Shown here in pieces: positions 1 through 11,900 of a DNA stretch of 64,000 nucleotides. Made by a program: the position numbers and the translations under genes. Each line of letters starts with the position of its first letter. Position 1 is the first letter of the stretch. This DNA is from Octopus sinensis (lineage: Eukaryota), in assembly GCF_006345805.1 (NCBI RefSeq), contig NC_043011.1:25184464-25248463 (forward strand), read 5' to 3'. Under the pieces are notes generated by a model, which worked only from the letters and a program-made list of their open reading frames with translations, ran no database searches and was not told the DNA's origin.

Positions 1-200
1 AGTGGCGATGTGGGGTGAGGGGAGCACAAACACACACACACACACACAGCTGGCTTCTTTCAGTTTCCGTCAACCAAATCCACTCACAAGGTTTTGGTCG
101 GTCCAAAGATATAATAGAAAGCACTTGCTCAAGATGCCACACAGTGGGACTGAACCTGGAACCATGTGGTTGGGAAGCAAGCTTCTTACCACACAGCCAC
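1..200 (-). mobile_element. tRNA-derived SINE, family A, 5' head
   Basis: Reverse complement reads GTGGCTGTGTGGTAAGAAGCTTGCTTCCCAACCACATGGTTCCAGGTTCAGTCCCAC (A-box/B-box-like head); same head recurs >10 times in the window. Confidence 0.85.
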
Positions 201-399
201 AACTCGTTTTATTATCAAACTGGCCAGAACTGGCCTCTCACACCAACCCTACAATATAATTCTAATAATTAACAGTTACCTCTTCAAAATCTCAAAGATT
301 CAACACAATGTATGATTAGTACAAAACAATGAGAATAAATAATCACTTGACAGAATGTGAATACTGAAGGGTCAAGCTAAGCTTCAGTCATTCACTCAC

Positions 400-590
400 T
401 CATCATTTAACATCCCCTTTTCTATACTCGCATGGGTCAGACAGAATTGGTAGATTTTCTACAAGTAGATGTTCTTCCTGTCAACAACCCTCACCTGTTT
501 CCTAGCAAAGTAAGTTTTTCCATAGCCGGATACGTTTTTCATAGAACACTGGAAATCATTCATCTACAACAAGGATTACACAGAAACAGA
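400..590 (-). mobile_element. SINE family B with RTE-like (GAT)n tail, decayed
   Basis: CATCATTTAACATCC...CTTCCTGTCAACAACCCTCACCTGTTTCC...CCATAGCC motif shared with copies at 2.0, 6.4, 7.7, 38.9, 42.0, 49.3 and 60.0 kb. Confidence 0.7.
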
Positions 591-619
591 TGCACACTCA
601 TACAAACACATATATACAA

Positions 620-775
620 CAGGTTTCTTTTTCAATTACCATCTACCAAATTCACTCAAAGCTTTTATTGTCCTGGGGCTATAGTAGGAAACACTTGCTC
701 AAGGTTCAACACAGTGGGATTGAACCTGAGGCCACATGGCTGGGAATAGAGCTTTTTAACCACACAGCCATGCTT
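620..775 (-). mobile_element. SINE family A head, decayed
   Basis: Similar to 1-200 (CCATCTACCAAATTCACTCA...TTAACCACACAGCCATGC). Confidence 0.75.
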
Positions 776-1999
776 ATATCACAGCAGCTTGAAATGGAAA
801 AACTGAAGCTATGCAACTAAGAAACGGGTCACAGTAGCAGAAACAGTAGCTAAATCTGCACTGATGGGGATATTGTGGATCTCCTATATATCCAGCATGT
901 CAAGTAGTCCCCATAAGACACAAGCACATTGTGCTGCACTATCTAGTCACTTTGATCTGGGAGTTGAGCAGAATATATGGAATAATCTTTGAAACTAACA
1001 AATCCATACATCAATTGGATTTCAAATGTCAATTTAGAAGTGTAGAAGAAATAATAAAAGACAACAACCATAAAAAAAATTCCTCTGGAAAATGTTAAGT
1101 TATGCAAGTCACAACATATTTATCAAATTTAACAAAATTAGAATTACTAACGCCAAACATTAAATCTAAAAGTGTAAGCCATTGAAATCATTTCATATTT
1201 AATACACACCAATTAAATAGAGTTTTCTGGGAGGGGGGCTCCTCCCCCATTGTTCTCTGATTTAAGACTCAAATAAACATAGTCAGACTAAAAAGATTAC
1301 TTTAATCTGATGATGATCAATGAGCTTTCATGTCTTTATCCTGATTAAAATGAAGAAATATTTGTTCAAGGTTGCAACAGATTACCAACAGACTGGATTC
1401 ACTAAAGATGACCACAACCAAGAAAAGCCATACGAGCTTCAATATGGTTGCTCAGTTTGCTAGAAATAGTAGGTAACTATCTCTAAAATTATACCCTATC
1501 AACATAAGGAAGGAAGAACATTAGACAGTATGATCCTAGATAGGTAAATGGAAAAAAGCAAATTAAAAGGATGCATCTGTCTCTTGGAGCAAGTCCGGTG
1601 TGGTGCTAAACAGCGATAAGGCAATGTAATTTAATATAAAGTGGTTCTATATTCTTATACTGGTTTCTATTATTAGTCAATTGTGGGCATACTCCTGCAT
1701 GTCTTCCAAAAGTTTAGTCAATCATATTGAGTTCAGTACTTGATTTACCAAATTGCTGATAAATGGGGTTTTCCCCCACTATATATGGGAGGGGGAGCAC
1801 AACTCAACAACAAACAATACACACAATAATTAATATTAAGTTCTGGGCCATATAAAAGTCCAGAGCAGAAATTGTCAGTGAATTTACACCTCCTAAGATT
1901 AGTAACATTGAGTATTATAAGTATACTAAGTTCTAACAACTGGTTATTAATTATACTGCTATGGCAAAGCAGAATTATAATATATAAAAACTTGTGTGT

Positions 2000-2218
2000 G
2001 TGTTGTCATGATGATTGTAAATGAGCATCACCATCACACAAGCAATGTTGTTTGTTTCCAGTCTTCAATGAAAAGGATATCTGGCCATGGGGGAATATTA
2101 ATTTACTTGGAAACAGGTGAGAGTTGGTGAAAGGTAAGGTATCTGGTCATAGACAATCTACCTCGATAAACTGTCTGACCCATGCAAGTACAGGAAAGTG
2201 GACATTAAAATAATAATG
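2000..2218 (+). mobile_element. SINE family B
   Basis: GGAAACAGGTGAGAGTTGG...GACCCATGCAAG...AAAGTGGACATTAAAATAATAATG, the reverse complement of the 400-590 family. Confidence 0.7.
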
Positions 2219-2222
2219 GGTT

Positions 2223-2255
<33 letters not shown>

Positions 2256-3102
2256 TGCATAAGAATGGCATTGTGGTTAAGAAGCCACTTCCCAACTATA
2301 GAGGTTTAGCATTTCCTTCAACAAGTAGCCTTCTTAGTGTATTTGTTTTCTCAGTTCCACCAAAATAACAATTAGTAGACTCTATATCAGCTCATTTTTC
2401 ATGTTATACAAAATAAGGTGTCTCTTAAATCTTATATATCAGCATCTACTAGCCAGAAAATGTTTTATATCAGAAATTGCTTCAGTTCCTCTTTCTGCAA
2501 ACTGTCACACCAGATTTTAATTTTTGCATAAACAACAGTTGCATTTATTGGCACAATTACATGCATTCTGATCATTAATTCACAGACTCAGAACCATTCT
2601 ATGTAAAACATCATATCAGTTTTATGTGAGGAAGATTTCCAACAGTTCAAGTTGAGCACTTGACCTAATTTTATTTTCATTGTCAAGTAGTTGTTCCCAT
2701 TGTAACTTAAGTGTATTTGTAACAGCTGAGATTTTCTCCAGCAGCAAACTTTGTAAAACAACATCAAGCCATAATCCTTTTACTTCTCCCTATTTGAAAC
2801 TATTACCCTTGCTTGCACTTTATGGCTTATTTACAGTTATCATGGTTAAAAGTAATCCAATATGCTACATGTGTTTGTAATCCAATATACATGTGTTTGT
2901 AATTAAATGCAAGAGTGACAGAAACAGTTAAGGAATCCACACCAAACAGTAAAGCAGTAGCATCTGAGGGAAGTAGTCGTGTTCTGTGTCAACAAAAAAC
3001 AATGATCCTATAACTTCAGATGCAAGAATTAACATAGGGAAATGAAAGGGACTGTGTAAGTGATGCTGAAAGTTGGAACCTGAATGACTAAAATTAGTAT
3101 TT

Positions 3103-3250
3103 GCTGTGTGGTAGGTAGCTTGTTTACCAACCACATGGTTCCGGGTTCAGTCCCACTGCGTGGCACCTTGGGCAAGTGTCTTCTACTATAGCCTCGGGCC
3201 GACCAAAGCCTTGTGAGTGGATTTGGTAGACGGAAACTGAAAGAAGCTTG

Positions 3251-3303
<53 letters not shown>

Positions 3304-3515
3304 GCATGTGTGTGTTTGTCCCCCTAGCATTGCTTGACAACCAATGCTGGTGTGTTTATGTCCCCGTTACTTAGTGGTTCGGCAAAAGAGACCGATAGAA
3401 TAAGTACTGGGCTTACAAAAGAATAAGTCCCGGGGTCGAGTTGCTCGATTAAAGGCGGTGCTTCAGCATGGCCACAGTCAAATGACTGAAACAAGTAATA
3501 GAGTAAAAAGAATGA
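3103..3515 (+). mobile_element. Near full-length SINE family A with internal (TA)n/(TG)n
   Basis: tRNA-like head, internal microsatellite, 3' body ending GGCGGTGCTTCAGCATGGCCACAGTCAAATGACTGAAACAAGTAA; highly similar to 43457-43918. Confidence 0.9.
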
Positions 3516-3812
3516 AAAAAAAAATTTTTTTTCTAAACAGGAACCAGAATTTTCAGAGTCACAGGGAAAACAAGATCCAATGACTTGACACACACACAAA
3601 GTAGAAGAGAACAAGCAGTTGTTAGTAAGAAAGTTGAGAACAATGGAAAACAAAACATGGGAAAGAAGGGTGAAGACAGATGTAAGCAAGAATATTGACA
3701 ATATAAATTTAGAGGAAGAAAACAAATTTTTAAAATTCAGAGAGAGGGAGGGAGGGAGGGAGAGAGGACAAAAGGAATGACCAAACATTAAAATGTCTCG
3801 AACATATCTATT

Positions 3813-4249
3813 CATCATCATCATCATCATTTAACGTCCGCTTTCCATGCTAGCATGGGTTGGACGGTTCAACTGGGGTCTGGCAAGCCCGAAGGCTGCA
3901 CCAGGCCAGTCAGATCTGGCAGTGTTTCTACAGCTGGATGCCCTTCCTAACGCCAACCACTCCGAGAGTGTAGTGGGTGATTTTATGTGCCACCAACACA
4001 GGTGCCAGACGAGGCTGGCAGACGGCCACGCTCGGATGGTGTTTTTTATGTGGCACCAACACAGGTGCCAGACAAGGCTGGCGAATGGCCACGCTCGGAT
4101 GGTGTTTGTTACGTGCCCTCAGCACGGAGGCCAGTCGATGCGGTACTGGCTACGGTCACGTTCGGATGGTTTTCTTATGTGCCACCAGCACTGGTACCAC
4201 AAGGATACAAATTCCATTGATGTTCATCTATTTTGGTTTGATTTGATTT
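3813..4249 (-). mobile_element. RTE LINE 3' end (short 5'-truncated copy)
   Basis: (CAT)n tail then TTAACGTCCGCTTTCCATGCTAGCATGGG...; matches the 3' end of the RT-encoding element at 20515-23780; contains two ~56-bp units. Confidence 0.85.
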
Positions 4250-4427
4250 ATTTATAAAAATAATTCTTTCACATGCATGCACATAAAATCATGATTTTAA
4301 TTTTTAAAATAACTCAGATTACCTGAAGGAGAATAACAGATTGCATCCAGGAATTAGTGGTTATATTATACAATTTTCTAAAAGTGTAAAGGATGGAAGA
4401 TATCTATATTTATGTCTCTCTCGATAT

Positions 4428-4491
<64 letters not shown>

Positions 4492-4517
4492 GACATAAAA
4501 ATAGATATCTTCCATGC

Positions 4518-4581
<64 letters not shown>

Positions 4582-6000
4582 CAACATTGTTTAATGTCCA
4601 TTTTTCATGCTGGCATAGGCTAGGTTGTTCAACAAGAACTGGCAAGTCAAAATATTGCATTGGCTCCAACTCTCTCTCTCTCTCTCTGTATTTTTTACAA
4701 ACATAAAACACATTCAATCCATATTAATAGTTTCAAATTCATTCAAAGGTACTGTAAGCGATGGAGTTCAGACTACATTTTCAGAATTGTACACCTGTTT
4801 ATCTAACAATAAAGCAGGCATACAGGTGAACACACTGATGGTGATAAAGATCCATAAAAATACATGACTCCTATATTAGTTATACTGAGTGTTCTCCACT
4901 TAGAAATTCCATGCAACAATATAATCTTCATTCAGGTAATCTCAGCCTTGATGATTAGCTACGTTGAGTAGAGTTCATTGCATAACAATTGCATTATGAG
5001 ATTCAGCTAGTTAAGAAACGTATGTAGCGTACATTTTACCTGCTCCAATCCTTCAAATTTGGATTTTTATTCACATTTTAAGCAGACTTAGTTACCAACA
5101 GTGAACTATATCGAAACTATCAGCTTATCAAATTCCTTCACAACTTCAATATGAGAAAAAGTGTGTCACTCTTGATGCCAATAAATTGTTATTGTATTTT
5201 ATCATATACTGTCCACCTTTTGTTCTCTCTACCAGCTGTTTACTGCTTGAAGCTTACAAACTTTCTATACACAGATCCCCAGATCATATTTATTTATACA
5301 TTATATGACAAGCTTCCATACCAGCATAGCATAATTTTTACTTCAAATTAACTAAAGAGACCATCCTATTAGTGCTTAGGGTAATCATTATTCATTTAGT
5401 ATGCATCAAAATTAGTCATTATGTCTTATGTCATTAAGGACATTATGATATAGAATTTTAGCTCAGATCAAGGATATGTTTCAGAAATAAAACCATTGAT
5501 GCCAATTTTATTTACATGCTTCTGTTGAAATACACTACCTTTACTTCAATTAACTTTTATATTATTGAAGAATTTAGTAAAATTATTCTATCATTAATAA
5601 CCCTCTAACATTTAAACCGGTTAGATGGGTTAGCATCAAGTGGATGAAGTCAAGCAAATAACATACAGCTTTCTTTGAAAAATAACTCCTAAATGAGCTA
5701 CATTAGTTTCCTTGTGTTCCATCAGCTACTTATTTGCTACGGGAATAAACTAACCAACAGCAGCAAATGAAATAAAATAAAATCAAAATGAAAGGCCCAC
5801 ACTAACAATTGTGTTCTGCACATGTGACTTGAACCACTGAGACTTATTCTGCATTTTTAGTTGGTATATCTCAGAACAGAAATTAAGCAAGCTATTTACA
5901 GAATAACCAAACACTACAACAAATCTTTATAGTCATTGATTTTTACAAAATCATGCTTCTATAAACAGGAAGACTATAAATTTTACACTATAGGTAAAGA

Positions 6001-6428
6001 CATAGCTGTGTAGTAAGAAGTTTGCTTCCCAACCACAAGGTCTCGGGTTCAGTCCTAAACCAATGTCTTTCACTATAGCCCTCAGTCAACCAGAGCCATG
6101 TAAGTGGATTTGGTAAGTGGAAGCTGGAAAAAGCTTTTTGTGTGTGTGCATGCATGCATATGTGCACCCTTGCGTTGACATCATAATTGTAAACAAGCAT
6201 AACTGTCATACAAGTGTGTCTCTCTCTCATCATTGCTTGACAACTGGTGTTGGTGTGTTTACATCCCTGTAACTTAGCAGTTCAGCAAAAGAGACTGATA
6301 GAATGAGTACTATGCTTCAAAAACAAAAAATAAGTTCTGGAGTCAATTTGTTCAACTAAACCCCCTCAAGGTGGTGCTCCAGCATGGCCACAGTCAAATG
6401 ACAGAAACAAGGAAAAGAATAAAAAGAA
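6001..6428 (+). mobile_element. SINE family A, decayed, with inserted fragment
   Basis: Head GCTGTGTAGTAAGAAGTTTGCTTCCCAACCAC and 3' body GGTGGTGCTCCAGCATGGCCACAGTCAAATGAC. Confidence 0.75.
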
Positions 6429-6439
6429 TTATGAAAGCA

Positions 6440-6612
6440 GTGTCCTTTGTTTCCAATCTTTTATGGAAACAGGCCTGGTCATGGGAAAATATTACCTTGC
6501 TTGGAAGCAGGTGAAGTTTGGCAATAGGAATAGCATCCAGCCATAAAAAAAAAAATCACCCTCAACAAATTCCATCTGACCCATGTGAGCACAAAAAAGT
6601 GGACATTAAAAC
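6440..6612 (+). mobile_element. SINE family B
   Basis: CATGGGAAAATATTACCTTGCTTGGAAGCAGGTGAAG...AAGTGGACATTAAA. Confidence 0.7.
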
Positions 6613-7383
6613 AATTTTCTTCTCGGTTAAATTTCTGACTCCTCCTCCTGTCCAAACCATCGTGGTCTTCATGTTTGACCATGAGACAAGTAACACCAAT
6701 ACACTATGTCAGCTAATTCAAATATTCACAACTCATCAACACTGCCACAGCTTACAAAGGACTGAAGTTTAATTTCTCAATTTTAACATTGATATACTAA
6801 ACAGATTTCTGCTCAAAGGATGTCCTAATCATAGAAAATCAAAAAGATTAAGCTTACACAATACATGAAAATCCATTTTAATTACCTCCTTTTTTATATA
6901 TAACAAAAACTCGCACAGAAATTAAATAGGCTGGTTGGTTACAACAATTAAAGTCTAGAATCAATAATAGAGTACTAATGTTGACATTCAAATTTGATAT
7001 TTTTGCAGCCGTTTTTCATAATTAAAAACTAGTCTTTGTGAGAGTATTTATTGACTTCTTTATCAAATAAATTTTGTTGCTGAAATATAATTATCTCTTT
7101 ACAAGCCTCCATCATGTCCAATTTTAATTCTTTCCCTAACCACCATGAAAAAACGAAAATGGTTTATTGTAAATTAATAATAAGGAAACATTAAGGAATT
7201 TTTAATTTTAAATTTCTATTCCCTATAAAGTAAACACACACACACTTAAGTAAACACACACACACTTTTATACTTCATAGCTGTTTTAGCCTCACTGACT
7301 TTGATAACTTCAAATTACACATCTACAAATGTTTATTAGAAATTTGTCTCTTTTTTCACAACCATCAGCACACAAAGTGCTCC

Positions 7384-7438
7384 TCACAAACGCCGGTTTG
7401 TGAAATGGTCGTGATCTGTAAACAGTTTTGAGTAAGAA
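7384..7438 (-). CDS. Candidate terminal coding exon (..SYSKLFTDHDHFTNRRL*), gene unknown
   Basis: Minus-strand acceptor ATATTTCTCTTTCCAG, stop at 7384-7386, AATAAA at 7332-7337. Reading frame is not independently fixed and no homology is recognised. Confidence 0.35.
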
Positions 7439-7744
7439 CTGGAAAGAGAAATATGAACATGCAATGTGCATGTGCACACTGAATTTGTAAAATGGAAGAG
7501 AAAAACGCAATGTGCATGTCAAAATGAAACGGAAGAGAAGAATAAAAACACAATGTCAAACAAGTTATATGGTGGTCTGCATACCACATCTGTTAACCAC
7601 CATCACACAGCTTTGCTGCAATTCTCTTGTTTTGAATACAAAGGAATTATGGAAGATCACAAACCATTAGTTACCTATGAAGATTATATATAGTTGGCAA
7701 GTGTTATACCTTTATTTTACCTAAAATCTAATCACTAAAATAGT

Positions 7745-7925
7745 CCTAATCATCATCCTTTAATGTCCACTTTTTCATGGTGGATACCCTTCCTGTCGTG
7801 AACACTACTCACCTGTTTTCAGGCAAGGTAATATTTCCCCATAGCCAGATATGTCTTTCAAAGACTGGCAATGAATAACTTTGCTTGTATGATGATGCTC
7901 ATTTACAAGTATCACAGAATGTCTA
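7745..7925 (-). mobile_element. SINE family B
   Basis: CATCATCCTTTAATGTCCAC...CACCTGTTTTCAGGCAAGGTAATATTTCCCCATAGCCAG. Confidence 0.7.
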
Positions 7926-7934
7926 GACAAGGAT

Positions 7935-8024
<90 letters not shown>

Positions 8025-8057
8025 GCACACACACAACAGATTACTTTCACTTTGTTT

Positions 8058-8189
8058 TCTAAATCCACTTCCAAGTCTTTGGTCAGCTCGGAGCTGAAGT
8101 AGAAGACACTTGTCTAGGTGCCATGCAGTGAGACTGAAGCCAAGATCACACAGTTGGGAAGCAAGCATCTTAACCACACAGCTACACCT
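8058..8189 (-). mobile_element. SINE family A head
   Basis: AAATCCAC...GTAGAAGACACTTGTCTAGGTGCCATGCAGTG...TTAACCACACAGCTACACCT. Confidence 0.75.
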
Positions 8190-8261
8190 TAAAGTATATA
8201 ATGATTTCAAATTAATTATAAATTTCTGAAAGTGTCTTTGACAAAGAACTCCATATAATAC

Positions 8262-8280
8262 CTACAAGAAGATAGCAAAC
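8262..8280 (-). CDS. Candidate 19-nt micro-exon
   Basis: Minus strand TTTTTGCATTCTTCTTTTAG|GTTTGCTATCTTCTTGTAG|GTATTA: strong acceptor, plausible donor. Splice-signal evidence only. Confidence 0.2.
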
Positions 8281-8464
8281 CTAAAAGAAGAATGCAAAAA
8301 CCAAAATGCTTCACTGCTATTGCAGTACTCAGAAATAAATATAGCAACTGTTTTCCTCCTAAGGTTACATATATCTGATATTCCAATTATTAAAAAAACA
8401 ACAACAACAAAAAAAAACAATTGTCTGTAAATTTTTTGATCTTTTCAGATGTTAATATGAAGCT

Positions 8465-9115
8465 ATTATATCTTGTTTCATTCATTGGACTGCAGCCACG
8501 CTGAGGTACTGCACTGAAAGGTTTAGTCAAACAAACAACGTCAGTGTTAATTTTTTAAAAGTGTTCTACTTATTCTATCAGTTTCTTTTGACAAACAACT
8601 AAGTTACAGGGACATAAGCAAACCAATACTAGCTGTAGGGGGGACATAAACGCAAAGATACACATGCACGCACACAAACGCACAACAGGCTTCCTAAGTT
8701 TCCATCTACCAGATGCACTCACAAAACACTGGTCATTCCAGGGCTATAAAAGATACGAGTACTTTTTGGTTATCTCACTCCCATTAAAAAACTGGGTTAT
8801 CACCCCACTAAAAAGTTGAGTTTATGTGGCGACGAGATTGGATTGAAAGAATTAGATCCTTTTGATTCAATACTTCAACACATTGGTAACATTTGGCCTC
8901 TTCAATAGGCATGGTATGATTTGTTATAAAAATGTTATCAGATTCAATAAGAGGTTTCATCTTTTCACTTTTGTTTTTGTTTTATCGAGGGTTAACCAAA
9001 AGATACTTCTCAAAAAACATGTGGAGATGACCCAATTTTTTTTAATGGGGGGTGAGACAACTAAAAAGTATCAAGATACCAACCCAAAGTGCCATGCAGT
9101 GGAACTGAACCATGT
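8465..9115 (-). mobile_element. SINE family A interrupted by a MITE
   Basis: 3' body at 8465-8640, head to 8756, head resumes at 9073-9115 (CCCAAAGTGCCATGCAGTGGAACTGAACC). Confidence 0.65.
8757..9072. mobile_element. MITE with ~50-bp imperfect TIRs and apparent 7-bp TSD
   Basis: TACTTTTTGGTTATCTCACTCCCATTAAAAAACTGGG vs CCCAATTTTTTTTAATGGGGGGTGAGACAACTAAAAAGTA; AAGATAC at 8750-8756 and 9073-9079. Confidence 0.7.
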
Positions 9116-9816
9116 GTGTGTGTGTGTGTGTGTGTTCAACTAAATATATCTGCTTTCTTGTGAGCAAACAAGGGCCTCTATGTAGTTGCTCAGCCTATGA
9201 AAAATACCAGCTAGAACACTTTCAAAGTACTATCTAACCAACAAAAGACATTCTTCATATTCTCAATACACTGTCTGAAAATAATAGCACTTATGAATCT
9301 GTTTGATCATAGCTGGCCTAAGGCTAAAACATCAATAACAATCTGTTCTCTCACCCATCAACACCCAGCATTGTCAAAGACACTCCTTAATTTAATCAAC
9401 CATTTTTTGGCACAAACACTTTCTCATTCCCCTTCCTACCATTAACCTGCAAGACTTTAAACTTAACTTCAACCAGACTGACTTCATACTGTTAATCCCT
9501 ATTAAGAGCTTAGAGGAGACATGGAGACAATCTGTCAGTTAAAGTAAGGGAAGAAGGGGATGAAGGGAAATAGAGCTGAATCTAACAGGATCAATTAGTG
9601 TAATCTGACCATTAAACAAACCACTCATCAGACTAACAAAGAAAATTTTTTAAATGCATAATAGGTGCAACTGTGGATGTATGGTTGAGAAGCTTGGCTC
9701 CCAACCACTGGGTTCAGTCCCACAGTATGGCTCCTACTAGGGACAATACAGTCATGCTGGGGTATCAACATTAAATGGGAGTACCCTAGTATTGCTACAA
9801 CTAACATGCTTTAGAG

Positions 9817-10080
9817 CAGGGATTCCTAACCTTATTTTGCTTGTGGACCCCACTGAGAGCTATCTTATGTAAATTTTTGAAATAAAATATTTCTTCATGG
9901 GTTAGTAAAAACTAACAATGAAACAATTTCGTTATATTCATAACATAAATTCCAAATACAAATTTTGAAAATTTCAATAAATACAGGTACCCATAAATTA
10001 CAATTTTTTTTACTCATGGACCCCATTAAAGCTTCTGTGGACCTGTGAAGGTCCATGTGGACTCTGGTTGGGAACCCCTG
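9817..10080. mobile_element. hAT (Charlie-like) MITE
   Basis: TIRs CAGGGATTCCTAACC / GGTTGGGAACCCCTG; 8-bp flanks CTTTAGAG (9809-9816) and CTTTAGCG (10081-10088). Confidence 0.85.
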
Positions 10081-10914
10081 CTTTAGCGTAATATTTCCAA
10101 TTTGAGCAGAGTAATACATATAATTTTTAATCTTTGACAATTTCAACAATTTAATATAGTTCTAGTAAATAAGGTTGACATTAAGTCTCCTAAAGACATT
10201 ACAGACATGCAAAAATTGTCAAAAATGATTAATTATATAACATTAATTGGAAGTTCTAATTAAAAATGAATTACTGTAAAAGACTAAAAAAATTATGAAA
10301 GCGCAATATTATCTAGCTGTTTTCATAATTAACTCTATACTATATAGTGTTTCCGGTTACCATAGTTACAAGTATTCCCAATGGGATATTTTTGCAATAA
10401 ACACAATGGAGAGGAAGAGAAAATAAAGATAAGATAGGATAAAAGTCGCTAATATAGGATTGCCACTGGCTGTGAATCCTATATGCTATATTCAGAGTAT
10501 GTCCATGTTAATCTCTAGTATCTGAAGCCATTAAGACTAAATTTTGCATTCATTATATATTGTTTAAAATTTTCTTCTCTCTCATTCTAAAGAAATGTTC
10601 TGGTAAAAAAAGATTCTTTTAAGTACAGTGAGTGAATGTATGTATGTGTGTGTGTGTGTATTTCTTTTACTCATTTCAGCCATGCAGCTACAGTCATTCT
10701 GGAGCACCACTATGATTTTCCACTTTTACACACAGCCTCAGTATATTGCATTTTGAGGGGTGCAGAGGGTATGTATTGATTTCTTTTCTTATGAGACCTG
10801 TTTTTGCCTGTTGGTGTACTATTAGCCTGCAGGTCCTTGTTTGACGATTTCCCTCATCTATGTTTTAGCTGGTTTTATTTTGGCGGGGTCACCTTGCATG
10901 TTGTTCCGATGGAG

Positions 10915-10986
10915 CTAGGGATAGGCAAAGTTACAGTTAGTTCCTTTTCCTCCATGCCAGCAGGTGCCATTCAAATAGAATTTACA
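10915..10986 (-). pseudogene. CCCH-type zinc-finger remnant, probably LINE ORF1-derived
   Basis: Translates CKFYLNGTCWHGGKGTNCNFAYP*; stops nearby, no convincing splice signals. Confidence 0.45.
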
Positions 10987-11340
10987 ATCTGAGCTCTGTC
11001 AGTTTCTGACCTACCTTGTATTTGTTCATTTTACCTTTTGGTATTTAAGTTTAAAAAATATGTAGTAATGTCAAATTAATTTATATCTTGCTACATACAT
11101 CCTTCAGCAAATATTTTAAATTAACGTTACAACAGCATCTTCCTTTCTATACACTTAGTTCAGCATTCGTTTCAAAACTGTAAAATAAATTCTTTTTGTA
11201 TGAAAAATTGAATTATGCCTTCTGAATTTTCTTGGCCTTTCACTTTCTTCACCATGATATTCAATCGTGAATTTTATAACATTTAGTACATGTTCCAGAT
11301 AAATGTTGACTTTCTTTGCTTTGTTACATTGGTGACGCAT

Positions 11341-11521
11341 ACTAACTTTTGCTAAATTGGTGACTTTCCATTTTTTTATAGCCTAACTATGCTACAGAAA
11401 GTATGCGTTACACCCATATTGACTACATTTAGTAACTTTTGCTAACTTGGTGACTTTCCATTTTTTTTCATAGCATAACTATGCTACAGAAAGTGTGTTT
11501 TGCACTATATTGACTACATTT
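11341..11521. repeat. Tandem duplication, 2 x ~90 bp
   Basis: TAACTTTTGCTAA(A/C)TTGGTGACTTTCCATTTTTTT...TATTGACTACATTT occurs twice in tandem with several differences. Confidence 0.9.
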
Positions 11522-11594
11522 CGTTTTGCTTGAACCTCAATATTATCAAGTCTAACAGTGTGGTTCTGTGTTCCTTACTTCTATAGTAATCTAT

Positions 11595-11900
11595 AGTAAA
11601 GAACATTTTACGCTGCTTTAATAAGCCCACATCTAATGAAGTCGCCATCCTTATGGTTGGTGATCCCCATGAAAATCAAGATATTCTCATTCATGTTCAA
11701 GATAAACATGTTTCACAGACTTATCCCTCTTATCATGCTCTCCAGTATACTCTTATACAGTGGAATGGACAAGATGGGTATCATTTCACTATTCCACGGA
11801 CTGAACCTGCAAAAGAATAGCCAATAACAAACAAAAAAGGTGTTGTCCAATGACTTCTATTCTTACCAACTGATGTTAAGACCAGAACAATCAAATCAAT
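11595..11900 (+). pseudogene. Helitron Rep/helicase N-terminal remnant
   Basis: Translates FNKPTSNEVAILMVGDPHENQDILIHVQDKHVSQTYPSYHALQYTLIQWNGQDGYHF..*..DFYSYQLMLRP, like the Helitron FNxPTxxEVA...HPSYDALQYPL...GxDGY...FYxYRLM region. Confidence 0.8.

Noticed and set aside
1-200. tRNA-like A/B boxes in SINE heads as tRNA genes
   Set aside because: They continue into SINE bodies and lack a full cloverleaf.
2622-2789. 55-codon minus-strand frame GEVKGLWLDVVLQSLL...IFLT*
   Set aside because: Poor polypyrimidine tract and no recognised homology; could be chance or a decayed LINE C-terminus.
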